Below are positions 1-8,195 of a stretch of DNA of 20,000 nucleotides, one piece after another. Under the pieces are notes generated by a model that was given only the letters and a program-made list of their open reading frames with translations, had not been told where the DNA came from and ran no database searches. The position numbers and the translations under genes are program-made. Source of the DNA: an uncultured virus (IMG/VR IMGVR_UViG_3300032167_000055) (Duplodnaviria; Heunggongvirae; Uroviricota; Caudoviricetes); the IMG/VR virus record IMGVR_UViG_3300032167_000055. One strand, given 5' to 3'. The stretch's first letter is position 1, and each line of letters begins with the position of its first letter.

Positions 1-103
1 CAACCGGATCATCATTGATCTTGTTGATAGATTCGTCTAAAGAACGCTGCTTATTAACTTCGTCAATGAAATTGATTACGGAGTTATTCATTAAAGGATC
101 CAT
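1..103 (-). CDS. Hypothetical protein, 5' part (MDPLMNNSVINFIDEVNKQRSLDESINKINDDPV...), runs off the window
   Basis: ATG at 103 with an AAAGGA RBS upstream, an AACA-N6-TA motif at 145..134, and an open frame to the window edge. Confidence 0.7.
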   Translation of the reverse strand, partial: MDPLMNNSVINFIDEVNKQRSLDESINKINDDPV

Positions 104-169
104 AGTCTTTATCATCCTTTCGTTTTAATAGTTTAGTATAATGTTTTTATTTGTAGTATTTATGTGGAA

Positions 170-209
170 AAATAAATGAGAATGAAGATATCTTCATTCT
201 CATTTATTT
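170..209. terminator. Intrinsic terminator downstream of cassette 1 (perfect 40-bp palindrome)
   Basis: aaataaatgagaatgaaga-ta-tcttcattctcatttattt, immediately after the stop at 211. Confidence 0.75.
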
Positions 210-210
210 A

Positions 211-498
211 TTATACTGAATTTAACTCAAATAAATATATTACACAACTGCACTGTTGAGATGATCCGTATAAATTATATAATGTAACTGTTACTGAAGT
301 TGCCGATGTATTAGATATAGTAACTGAACATAAAAAAGTTGAAGAAATAAATGCATGTGGACTTTTTGTATAATTATATGAAGACAAATCTAGGGTGATT
401 ATTTCATAAGCGTTTACCGCAATAGGATTTGTACTTTTAACTGAAAATGATCTAAAATTTCTAAAAACAATTCCCGATTTATCCACCTTACTATTTAG
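211..498 (-). CDS. Silent tail-fibre C-terminal cassette 1 (LNSKVDKSGIVF...FELNSV, 95 aa)
   Basis: Frame opens inside repeat copy 1 right after a TAG; no RBS before the GTG at 486; Ser/Thr-rich beta-type sequence. The tail-fibre call is mainly by analogy with the other five cassettes. Confidence 0.65.
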   Translation of the reverse strand, partial: LNSKVDKSGIVFRNFRSFSVKSTNPIAVNAYEIITLDLSSYNYTKSPHAFISSTFLCSVTISNTSATSVTVTLYNLYGSSQQCSCVIYLFELNSV

Positions 499-567
499 CT
501 AAATAAAGAATCTGTAAGTCCCGAGAAATATCGAGACTTACAGAAATTTTACTTAACTAAATTCCGT
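488..567 (-). repeat. 80-bp cassette-junction element, copy 1 (putative recombination site plus terminator)
   Basis: ttactatttagctaaataaagaatctgtaagtcccgagaaatatcgagacttacagaaattttacttaactaaattccgt; near-identical to five other copies. Confidence 0.97.
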
Positions 568-589
568 CCCCACACTCCAAAAAATCATA

Positions 590-725
590 CAAAAAGAACG
601 GAGCTGGTGAGAGTAGGTAGCCAAATCCTACTCTCACCAGAACAAAAGTTATTACATGCAAGTTTACCTCTAAATAATGAGTAATCTGCTCTATTATTGG
701 AATTTTCATATGGATATTATCCATT
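590..725 (-). ncRNA. Candidate small RNA A (~135 nt)
   Basis: AACA-N6-TA at 736..725, 5' hairpin atggat-aat-atccat, motif tatgaaaattccaat (710..696), 14-bp terminal hairpin at 604-640 followed by a U-tract; no RBS-led ORF. Confidence 0.5.
604..640 (-). terminator. Intrinsic terminator upstream of cassette 1
   Basis: ctggtgagagtagg / cctactctcaccag, 14-bp perfect stem; T-rich tail on the minus strand. Confidence 0.7.
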
Positions 726-748
726 AAAGATTTGTTATACTAATAAAA

Positions 749-779
749 AAATAAAGGGATCCAAAAGATCCCTTTATTT
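749..779 (-). terminator. Terminator of the DHH gene
   Basis: aaataaagggatc-caaaa-gatccctttattt directly after the stop at 784. Confidence 0.8.
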
Positions 780-783
780 CGTC

Positions 784-2157
784 TTACTTATAATCATCCA
801 TATTAGCTTTATCTGTATTCCAGAATAAAGTTAAGATATTAATAAACTTATCCTGAGACAAAACAGCACCAGCAGCATGTTTGTGACCACCACCATTTAA
901 ATCTAAAGTAGCAATCTTACCACAATCAGGAGCATCATCAATAAGATTACTACTCCTGAAAGATGCAGTACGAGAATTTGTAAATAACATAATAACTAAT
1001 TTGATTTTTGGATAATCTTTTAAGAGAGTATTTCCTACAAAAGACGCATCCGTGACATCCTGAAGAATTACGGCTACGTTATCTTCATATTTAAGCTCTT
1101 CATTACATTCAAGATTCAACGCATATTTAATTCGTTCGTATGGAAATACTCTTATACCTTTAGTCACTCCTCTGTATTCTGTCTTTCTCTGATCAAACAA
1201 GAAAGACAATTTCAAAAGTTCTGATTTCGGAAGAGTTGGAAGATATTCATATTCACCAACTAAAGGTATATCATCTAATGAATCATAAACCATATTTAAG
1301 AATCTGAAGAAATCTCCTTTATAGCTTTTCCATAAAACAGTTAAAGCATCCATGTAATCATGGTCAATAACACAATCTCTATCTTTCTTTGAAAACTCAA
1401 AGGTATCATACATAGATGTATGATATACAAGTTTGATCAAGTTTATCATGAAATTTAAATCATGAAAATCAAATAATCCCATATCAAGAAGAAATCTAAA
1501 GTATACATATGCGGCAGACCTTTCTGCAACAGAAAGACCACCATCGAGTTTATATTGTACAATCAATTCTTCAATTTCTCGTTTTATATCTTTTGCACCA
1601 CATAATTTATTAAATGTAATATCTAATTCCGGAACTTTACACTTTCCATGTGTTTTGAAATAGTTATCGCAGATACATACTCTTTCAGGAAGATAAAATT
1701 CATCTTCATTGAAATTATATGTAAATTTACCAAATTCAGGGTTTGATGCGTGATGATCAAATTCCCAAAATCCAATATGTGAATCAGGATAGCAATCAGT
1801 GATAACTTTCTTCACATAATCAATAAATACAGTAGGTACATGTAAATCAGTTACAATAATAAGGTATTCAAGGTTTTCACCTTCTATTGTGTCTGATGTA
1901 TAATGTGAACTGCATGCATATTCAGTATAGTCTGTAATATTTTTATGCGTAATCTTTTCTTGTATAATAGATTCCATCTGCTCTGTATTAGCAGGCATTC
2001 CAATTATAAATGGTTTAGCAAAATAAGCATCACCACAATTTACACCACCAAGACATATAGAATTGGTTAAGATTCCACACACAATACCATCGATGTCTGC
2101 ACTATGTGTGAAGTTAATAGGGATAATAATTTTAGTGTTTTCTACAGTAGTTTCCAT
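784..2157 (-). CDS. DHH/DHHA1-family phosphoesterase
   Basis: Motifs THSADIDG, VTDL, FDHH, YDTF and C-terminal GGGHKHAAG; AAGGAG RBS. Confidence 0.9.
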   Translation of the reverse strand: METTVENTKIIIPINFTHSADIDGIVCGILTNSICLGGVNCGDAYFAKPFIIGMPANTEQMESIIQEKITHKNITDYTEYACSSHYTSDTIEGENLEYLIIVTDLHVPTVFIDYVKKVITDCYPDSHIGFWEFDHHASNPEFGKFTYNFNEDEFYLPERVCICDNYFKTHGKCKVPELDITFNKLCGAKDIKREIEELIVQYKLDGGLSVAERSAAYVYFRFLLDMGLFDFHDLNFMINLIKLVYHTSMYDTFEFSKKDRDCVIDHDYMDALTVLWKSYKGDFFRFLNMVYDSLDDIPLVGEYEYLPTLPKSELLKLSFLFDQRKTEYRGVTKGIRVFPYERIKYALNLECNEELKYEDNVAVILQDVTDASFVGNTLLKDYPKIKLVIMLFTNSRTASFRSSNLIDDAPDCGKIATLDLNGGGHKHAAGAVLSQDKFINILTLFWNTDKANMDDYK

Positions 2158-2168
2158 TTTGTCCTCCT

Positions 2169-2510
2169 TTAAAATGTAAATCTGTAACCACCTTTTACAG
2201 CAGCTCCATTTCCTTTTTCTAAAACCTGTATTTCAGTAAGGTATTTAATAGATTTTTTTATTTTCTTTACTTTGATTCCTAATTCTTCACTCATTAGATC
2301 TATATGGATCTTTGTAAAATTATTAGGATCAGGTCCTGGATTTGTCGTATTAATACGACGGGTTTTGTTATAACCACTTAATACTGTAAGCAAATAGCAA
2401 ATTACTTTAAGATCTACAAAACTCAGATCATATAATGTAATAAGTTCTCTAAATGCTTCTTTTGGGACGTGAAAATTTTGTCTAAATTGTGCTACATCCA
2501 CTGTACTCAT
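2169..2510 (-). CDS. Hypothetical protein, possibly winged-helix DNA-binding
   Basis: AAGGAG RBS; basic 113-aa ORF with an HTH-like segment (IDLMSEELGIKVKKIKKSIKYL) and a wing-like end (GGYRFTF). Confidence 0.6.
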   Translation of the reverse strand: MSTVDVAQFRQNFHVPKEAFRELITLYDLSFVDLKVICYLLTVLSGYNKTRRINTTNPGPDPNNFTKIHIDLMSEELGIKVKKIKKSIKYLTEIQVLEKGNGAAVKGGYRFTF

Positions 2511-2537
2511 TTTAAATCTCCTTTACTATAAAAATTT

Positions 2538-2575
2538 ATAGTTGAGAAGGTTTTTACTATATCCTTCTCAACTAT
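2538..2575 (-). terminator. Stem-loop after the helicase gene (terminator or processing site)
   Basis: atagttgagaagg / ccttctcaactat, 13-bp stem. Confidence 0.6.
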
Positions 2576-2597
2576 TTCAAATAAATAATATACTTCT

Positions 2598-3782
2598 TTA
2601 AATTGCAAGTGTGACAGATTCACTTGCTCTTGTAACCATTGTGTATAATACCTTCCTCTTAAAATCTTCAGCACCATAAAGTTCGGCAAGAGCAGTTACA
2701 TTAGGCCACTGAGATCCTTGAGATGAATATACAGTGATAGCATATGCAAATTCAAATATATTCATTCCAAAGCTCATGGCTGCTTGTGATTCACTCTTTT
2801 CAAGTCTCATCAAGTGCTTATAATCAATAGGAAGATTTCTAAATGTTTTAGGTGTAAAATCTGGTCTAAAATCGCATTCAATACTTCTACCATTATAAGT
2901 TTCTTTATTGACATAATCTAGGAAACCTGTGGTTCCGTTTGTAAGAAATAAATTATCTCCAACAGATTTAGACCAATCGTTTCGTCTACATATTACTTTT
3001 TCTCCAACATATGGAAGATCAAGTCTTGTAAATCCACAAAATTCCTCACGGAATAAGTTGTTTATATGTTGCTTAAGGTTATTTGTTACAGTTAATACAA
3101 TATCTGCATTTTTAAGCTGATATGGATCTAAATCTTTCTTTCGTATAATTGCACTAGAACCATATACACCGGGTCTTAAATCATAACCATCAAGAATTCT
3201 ATGAGCAATATATACAATTGGATTGTCTTCAGCCTGTCTCATGAGTTTTCGTAACGTTACATTAGGATCAACCAAAAATACAGATTTTCCAAATACTGGA
3301 GGTAACTGATTTGTATCACCTAATGCGAAAATAGGTAATCCAAAATTAGTTATGTCAGTTTTCATCTCTTGATTAATCATCGTAGCTTCATCAATACAAA
3401 TAGCTTTATAACGTTTTTTAAGATGATCTTTCGGTCTGAAAACGCCTTTTAATTTAGGTTTTCCATTAGGAAGTATAATAGCTCTTCCATCTTCATCTCT
3501 ATCTATTTCTTTTATATATTCGTAAAATGCTGAATGACATGTAATAGCAGGTAAACTATTTCGGGCTAACTGTGTAGCAGCTTTACCTGTATATGCAACA
3601 AATAACACATCATGAAAAGGATCAAGACCTAATTCTTGTAATATGTATTTTATAGAAGTCGTCTTTCCTGTACCAGCAGCGCCAGATATTTCAAATATCT
3701 GATCTGAACTGGCAGAATGCCACCATCTACTTGCTTCAATACCAGCAAATATCTGGTCTGAATTTAATTCAATTCTTCCCAT
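2598..3782 (-). CDS. Dda/RecD-like superfamily 1B DNA helicase
   Basis: Walker A GAAGTGKTT, AYTGKAA, DEATM, GDTNQLPPV, MRQA, YAITVYSSQGSQW, YTMVTRA; AAGGAG RBS. Confidence 0.92.
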   Translation of the reverse strand: MGRIELNSDQIFAGIEASRWWHSASSDQIFEISGAAGTGKTTSIKYILQELGLDPFHDVLFVAYTGKAATQLARNSLPAITCHSAFYEYIKEIDRDEDGRAIILPNGKPKLKGVFRPKDHLKKRYKAICIDEATMINQEMKTDITNFGLPIFALGDTNQLPPVFGKSVFLVDPNVTLRKLMRQAEDNPIVYIAHRILDGYDLRPGVYGSSAIIRKKDLDPYQLKNADIVLTVTNNLKQHINNLFREEFCGFTRLDLPYVGEKVICRRNDWSKSVGDNLFLTNGTTGFLDYVNKETYNGRSIECDFRPDFTPKTFRNLPIDYKHLMRLEKSESQAAMSFGMNIFEFAYAITVYSSQGSQWPNVTALAELYGAEDFKRKVLYTMVTRASESVTLAI

Positions 3783-3824
3783 AAAATAATCTCCTTTTAA
3801 GATTTTATGGGACTGTCACTATAA

Positions 3825-3940
3825 TGAAAAATGAAAGTGAGATAGGATACAAAAATGTATCCTATCTCGAAAGGTACTTTGTGTTCGATTTTGATTCTTT
3901 AAAAAGACCAAATTAGTATTTTTATATGGAATTATCCATT
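3825..3940 (-). ncRNA. Candidate small RNA B (~115 nt)
   Basis: AACA-N6-TA at 3951..3940; the 5' end aatggataattccatat resembles candidate A; 13-bp terminal hairpin at 3839-3868. Confidence 0.4.
3839..3868 (-). terminator. Intrinsic terminator downstream of cassette 2 / candidate RNA B
   Basis: gagataggataca-aaaa-tgtatcctatctc followed by a T-rich tract on the minus strand. Confidence 0.75.
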
Positions 3941-3964
3941 ACAAATCTGTTTATCATTTATTAA

Positions 3965-4567
3965 TTATTTATACATAATGAAATATGATCTCATATTTGT
4001 ATTTGTTAATCCTAACCAATAAGGAGATTTTATGATTACTGATGTTGAAGTTTTTTCATATACATCTGAAGCACTAACAAATTTTCTATTAGTACCATTA
4101 CTTGTATGCCAGTTTGACACTGAATAAGTTCCATCTGACATTAAGAAACAAGCTGTTCCTACGGCACCACTCTTAGCTTCAACAATATATCCTAGTAATT
4201 GATTAAAATCAGATGGTGAAATATATGATGTTACATCAGTAGTCCAAGGTTTATATATAACAAACTTAGCTTCAATTTCCGCTTGTATCCATTTACCATC
4301 ATGTAAACTTTTAAAAGGGGTTACTGTATCAGCACCGCTTGGTATGTATCCCCAATTTCCTTCCGGATCTTGTCCAAATGAAATATTAGTTAAACTATTA
4401 TGAGTATGACTCTCAAATGAGAACCCACCTAAGTCATACCATCCATCTATTGTACATTTTAACTTTGAACCAGTCCAACCAATATTAACCGTATTAGAGC
4501 TTTGATCTACACCGCCTCCTTGTCTAACAGGAACAAATCCTAGTGAATTTTGCTTGTTACTATTTAG
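3965..4567 (-). CDS. Silent tail-fibre C-terminal cassette 2 (200 aa, start-less, absent from the ORF track)
   Basis: Hand translation LNSNKQNSLGFVPVRQGGGVDQSSNTVNIGWTGSKLKCTIDGWYDLGGFSFESHTH...FGQDPEGNWGYIPSGADTVTPFK...YFIMYK*; the LGFxPVxQGGG..IGW.GS.LK.T.D and WGYIPSGADTVTPF segments are recurrent phage tail-fibre motifs. Confidence 0.85.
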   Translation of the reverse strand, partial: LNSNKQNSLGFVPVRQGGGVDQSSNTVNIGWTGSKLKCTIDGWYDLGGFSFESHTHNSLTNISFGQDPEGNWGYIPSGADTVTPFKSLHDGKWIQAEIEAKFVIYKPWTTDVTSYISPSDFNQLLGYIVEAKSGAVGTACFLMSDGTYSVSNWHTSNGTNRKFVSASDVYEKTSTSVIIKSPYWLGLTNTNMRSYFIMYK

Positions 4568-4636
4568 CTAAATAAAGAATCTGTAAGTCTCGAGAAATAT
4601 CGAGACTTACAGAAAACTTACTTAACTAAATTCCGT
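4557..4636 (-). repeat. 80-bp cassette-junction element, copy 2
   Basis: Same sequence as copy 1, with the perfect 14-bp inner stem tctgtaagtctcga/tcgagacttacaga and the aaactt variant. Confidence 0.97.
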
Positions 4637-4735
4637 CCCCCCTGTCACCACTCTTCACAAAGTCAATATATCATATCTATAAATCAATCGCAAGAGATAT
4701 GATTTTACTATATAACTAACCTATACATTCATATG

Positions 4736-5350
4736 TTAAGGTTTTATAACAACACTCGTTAATGTTAATTTACCATAACCAGTACCATCAAAATATCCTT
4801 CAGTGTCATATCGGATTCTCAGTTTATATGTGCCTGATAATGATGGTAATGTAAATGTTTTATTAACAGCTGTAGATTGAAGTACTCCTCTACCATCAGC
4901 ACTGCCACTTATACTTGCAAGACTCATAACAGTAGTTGTTGCTCCTGTTGATGTATTGTATAATTCTACTGCCATCTTATTAACACCATAATGGTTACCA
5001 TTCCAATATACAGTACCAGTTATAGTTAATCTTTGTCCTGATGGAGTAAAGGTATTTGTTGAAAGTAAGTACGCATATCCATAACCATTATATCCACCAC
5101 CAGCATCAATTTGAATAGTGATACTATTACCAGATAAAACTATAGGATTAGAAGGACGGTCATAATCAATCCAACCATCAGTATAACCACTTGATTGAAG
5201 AGTGTATGACGTAATATTAATGTCAGTAATCTTTTCCCATACTGTAGTAGTTGTAGAACCTTTTACAACATTTACTTTTGTTACATTAGTATTACCAACT
5301 TTAATCGTTCCTGATGAAGGTATAGTGGTTCCATTTACAATAATAGACAT
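4736..5350 (-). CDS. Putative tail-fibre tip adhesin / receptor-binding partner of cassette 3
   Basis: GGAGGT RBS; N-terminus MSIIVNGTTIP..G.I.V....VT.V...VW shared with 5989..6474 and 11436..12338; variable Thr/Gly/Tyr-rich C-terminus. Confidence 0.7.
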   Translation of the reverse strand: MSIIVNGTTIPSSGTIKVGNTNVTKVNVVKGSTTTTVWEKITDINITSYTLQSSGYTDGWIDYDRPSNPIVLSGNSITIQIDAGGGYNGYGYAYLLSTNTFTPSGQRLTITGTVYWNGNHYGVNKMAVELYNTSTGATTTVMSLASISGSADGRGVLQSTAVNKTFTLPSLSGTYKLRIRYDTEGYFDGTGYGKLTLTSVVIKP

Positions 5351-5379
5351 ATTATACCTCCCTAAATTGTAATAGTAAG
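5318..5379. repeat. 62-bp exact direct repeat spanning the fibre/adhesin gene junction (copy 1)
   Basis: aggtatagtggttccatttacaataatagacatattatacctccctaaattgtaatagtaag is identical to 6442..6503. Confidence 0.92.
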
Positions 5380-5883
5380 TGTTGTACCGGATAATGACGC
5401 TCTACAAAGTGTAAAATCTGTAGTATCTACTCTACATACAATACTGGATCCATTCCATCCTAAATACATTATATTTGAATAAGATGGATGCCTTCTGACC
5501 AAGTTTCCATTAGATTCTACTCCAGTCATTGTTGCATAATTTAGAGATGACAGATATGTTATATCTACAAGTTGTCTCCATGTAAATATTTCATGACCAG
5601 CTGAAATAACTCTATAATGAATACCATTATCATTAACCATTGGAAATGCTACTTCAGTATAGTATCCATCTCCATTTGCATGATTCATTCGTATTTTATG
5701 AAACCATGTATTTGCAACAGGTGTTGAATTCTTCTTTGGACCTGACGTTGTTCCATCTCCGGTCGTATTCATATATTCTAATCCAGATTTACCATATACT
5801 GGAGCATTAGAACCTGAATGTAATAGATATGCTAATCCTACAGCAGTTTCTCCAGAAATAACTTTATTTACGTTACTATTTAG
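5362..5883 (-). CDS. Silent tail-fibre C-terminal cassette 3 (173 aa, start-less)
   Basis: ORF 5362..5772 extends upstream in frame to the repeat (LNSNVNKVISGETAVGLAYLLHSGSNAPVYGKSGLEYMNTT...); contains MYLGWNGSSIVCRVD, resembling cassette 2; ends LSGTTLTITI. Confidence 0.82.
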   Translation of the reverse strand, partial: LNSNVNKVISGETAVGLAYLLHSGSNAPVYGKSGLEYMNTTGDGTTSGPKKNSTPVANTWFHKIRMNHANGDGYYTEVAFPMVNDNGIHYRVISAGHEIFTWRQLVDITYLSSLNYATMTGVESNGNLVRRHPSYSNIMYLGWNGSSIVCRVDTTDFTLCRASLSGTTLTITI

Positions 5884-5952
5884 CTAAATAAAGAATCTGT
5901 AAGTCTCGAGAAATATCGAGACTTACAGAAAACTTACTTAACTAAATTCCGT
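5873..5952 (-). repeat. 80-bp cassette-junction element, copy 3
   Basis: Identical to copy 2. Confidence 0.97.
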
Positions 5953-5988
5953 TATAACTAACCTAGAAATATAAAATATCTTTGATTT

Positions 5989-6474
5989 TTATGTGAAAGT
6001 ACATGTCAAAGATGTCGTTATAGTATGCGTAGATCCTATATCTCCACCAGATACTCCTATAGTAACGGAAGATTTTCCAGAAATATTTATTTCTAAAGTT
6101 TTTGTATATGTAGAACCTTGAGATGTTCCATCCCATTGTGTTCGTTTGTATAAAGAATAAACAGTTCCATCAACAACAACATTAGCATCTACTCCGTTAC
6201 CATCCCAGCTATTCCATGAAGCAGTTTTTACAGAAGCACTTATAGTTAATTTAGTATGACCACTAAGTGATACTGTATCTAACGTAGAACTATAAGTTCT
6301 GTATTCTTGATCATCACTTGAATTATCCGTATATGAATATGTTTTAGTTATTGGTGTTGCTGATGATTTCCATACACTAGTTCCATTACATTTAACTTCT
6401 GTTATTTGCACACCATTAACTACAATTTTACCCTTTGATGTAGGTATAGTGGTTCCATTTACAATAATAGACAT
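5989..6474 (-). CDS. Putative tail-fibre tip adhesin / receptor-binding partner of cassette 4
   Basis: GGAGGT RBS; N-terminus MSIIVNGTTIP identical to 4736..5350, divergent C-terminus. Confidence 0.7.
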   Translation of the reverse strand: MSIIVNGTTIPTSKGKIVVNGVQITEVKCNGTSVWKSSATPITKTYSYTDNSSDDQEYRTYSSTLDTVSLSGHTKLTISASVKTASWNSWDGNGVDANVVVDGTVYSLYKRTQWDGTSQGSTYTKTLEINISGKSSVTIGVSGGDIGSTHTITTSLTCTFT

Positions 6475-6503
6475 ATTATACCTCCCTAAATTGTAATAGT
6501 AAG
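6442..6503. repeat. 62-bp exact direct repeat spanning the fibre/adhesin gene junction (copy 2)
   Basis: Identical to 5318..5379. Confidence 0.92.
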
Positions 6504-6821
6504 AGTAGTTCCAGATAATGTCATATGACCTATATTCCTCATGTTTTTATATCCAAAATTACCATCACTTTTCTTATATCTGAATAGTAAATCATAACCA
6601 TTATTTGCATCAGTATAAATATATGGTCCTAAACCACTAGCTGAGCCTAAATGGATACTTGCAAAAAATGGAGAAGAACCTGTGGCAGGGCGTGATTGTG
6701 AATCCCATATAGCGTTATTGGATGAATTATATAATACAAGATTTCCATCACTTTGTAATATAAATGTATATCCGTTTTGTGCAGATTTAAAACAAGCACC
6801 ACTAGGTCCATTACTATTTAG
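6486..6821 (-). CDS. Silent tail-fibre C-terminal cassette 4 (111 aa, start-less, absent from the ORF track) with a bulb-type-lectin-like motif
   Basis: Hand translation LNSNGPSGACFKSAQNGYTFILQSDGNLVLYNSSNNAIWDS...GHMTLSGTTLTITI*; QSDGNLVLY fits QxDxNxVxY. Confidence 0.82.
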   Translation of the reverse strand, partial: LNSNGPSGACFKSAQNGYTFILQSDGNLVLYNSSNNAIWDSQSRPATGSSPFFASIHLGSASGLGPYIYTDANNGYDLLFRYKKSDGNFGYKNMRNIGHMTLSGTTLTITI

Positions 6822-6890
6822 CTAAATAAAGAATCTGTAAGTCCCGAGAAATATCGAGACTTACAGAAAACTTACTTAACTAAATTCCGT
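6811..6890 (-). repeat. 80-bp cassette-junction element, copy 4
   Basis: Consensus with the gtcccgag and aaactt variants. Confidence 0.97.
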
Positions 6891-6956
6891 GACGACCACC
6901 CTACTCTCCAAAAATATAGAAAAATCTTATACCTATCTAGATTTTCTTAATTTTTC

Positions 6957-6968
6957 AACATTTTTGTA
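6957..6968 (+). promoter_or_regulatory. Putative phage-RNAP late promoter AACA-N6-TA
   Basis: aaca-tttttg-ta upstream of the RBS of 6992; near-identical context at 13776. Confidence 0.65.
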
Positions 6969-6991
6969 ATGTATAGAAAGGAAGTGAAAAA

Positions 6992-7711
6992 ATGAACTTA
7001 TCTTCTCTTATTACAAGAATAAAATTAGAACTCGGTATATATGCTATAGCATTACCTATTGAAGATATAGATGGAACTATTAGTAAAGTAATTAAAGATA
7101 TAACTTTAAGAACTTATTCCCAGTATTTTCCACAATATGATATTATAAGAAAACCTAGTGCTGAAATAGAAAAGGCTTCTAGAAATCTTGAATATACTGA
7201 TTTGATTTTAGAGGTTCCTACAGGTCAAGAAATAGTTTTTGTTGCTGATGTATATTATGATGCATCTGATGTCAGTGGCATTGGTTATTATGGTGCAGGT
7301 ATGCCTATATACACACCAAATATGTTAGCAGATGTTTTAACTACTAATGTAGGAGCTGATTTAACAAATATGATGTTTCCTAAATTAACATGGAGATTTG
7401 ATACTCCTAATAGGCTTAGAGTATGGCATTTATATGGAGGAAGCATATTTATTAAATATGCTAAACTTCATGATCAATCACTTGCATCTATTCCTGTATC
7501 TCAAGAAGAAACTTTCTTTAAAATTGCATTAATTGATGTAAAGAAAGTATTATATAGTGTACTTAAACACTACAACGAACTTGAAACTGCTCACGGACGT
7601 ATCAGTTTAAAAATTGATGACTGGGCTGAAGCAGATAGTAAACGTGAAGAATTGCTAAGAGAGTGGGATGATAATTTCCACTTAGAGCAAAAGACCATTT
7701 ATTGGGCATAA
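6992..7711 (+). CDS. Probable virion structural protein (head-tail neck, T4 gp13-like)
   Basis: GAAAGGAAG RBS, late-type promoter; the N-terminus LITRIKLELG...ID and the helical C-terminus resemble myophage neck proteins (by eye only). Confidence 0.5.
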   Translation: MNLSSLITRIKLELGIYAIALPIEDIDGTISKVIKDITLRTYSQYFPQYDIIRKPSAEIEKASRNLEYTDLILEVPTGQEIVFVADVYYDASDVSGIGYYGAGMPIYTPNMLADVLTTNVGADLTNMMFPKLTWRFDTPNRLRVWHLYGGSIFIKYAKLHDQSLASIPVSQEETFFKIALIDVKKVLYSVLKHYNELETAHGRISLKIDDWAEADSKREELLREWDDNFHLEQKTIYWA

Positions 7712-7715
7712 AAAT

Positions 7716-7745
7716 ATCCCTTGGAGAAATTACTCTCCAAGGGAT
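7716..7745. terminator. Bidirectional terminator between convergent genes
   Basis: atcccttggaga / tctccaagggat between the stops at 7711 and 7749. Confidence 0.8.
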
Positions 7746-7748
7746 TAT

Positions 7749-8195
7749 TTAAAGCAAATATTCATATCCGCGTCTTGTTATATCAGAATAATTTAATTCT
7801 AACATACCATAAAAAGTTAATTCTGTTTCTTCATTTGTTTTTGGGTCTTTATACATTATATGAAATAATAACTTCTTTTCTTGTAAATATAAACGTAACC
7901 ATAAAAAGAAAAATCGTTCATTTACAGGAAGAATATCAATATGTAATTCCTTTTTAAATTCAGGATTATTAAGTTCATATACTATAAGACCTAAAATAGG
8001 AAGATCGAATATTTCAAGACCAAATATAGGTCTAATAAAAGTCTGATCTCCAATAGTTTCATTTTTATAATAACCTGTAAAATTCTTATTATCTAATATT
8101 TCAAGAACGTGTTCTTCTACAAACGGAACTATTCGTTTATTAAGTATGCATGAAAAAATCGTTTTAAATCTATCTATATCCATTTTTCCTATCAC
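7749..8195 (-). CDS. Hypothetical protein
   Basis: 148-aa ORF, GTG start with AGAAGG upstream, ends at the shared terminator. Confidence 0.7.
   Translation of the reverse strand: MIGKMDIDRFKTIFSCILNKRIVPFVEEHVLEILDNKNFTGYYKNETIGDQTFIRPIFGLEIFDLPILGLIVYELNNPEFKKELHIDILPVNERFFFLWLRLYLQEKKLLFHIMYKDPKTNEETELTFYGMLELNYSDITRRGYEYLL

Noticed and set aside
496..501. TAG-to-Gln recoding (code 15), which would read the junction as QLNSK
   Set aside because: TAG behaves as a real stop here: it ends genes at 5362, 6486, 11377, 12352, 14196 and 15505, directly before an RBS or terminator. Long genes are not fragmented under the standard code.
557..724. ~55-codon minus-strand frame (MDNIHMKIPIIEQ...) running towards repeat copy 1 as a leader for cassette 1
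   Set aside because: It has no RBS, crosses a terminator hairpin, stops at a TAG inside the element, and has no counterpart at the other five copies.
2507..2689. 60-aa ORF on the minus strand
   Set aside because: It overlaps the helicase 3' end out of frame and crosses a stem-loop; no RBS.
3965..6821. Cassettes as decayed pseudogenes
   Set aside because: All six frames are free of internal stops and frameshifts from the same junction codon to a natural C-terminus, and partner genes keep strong RBSs.
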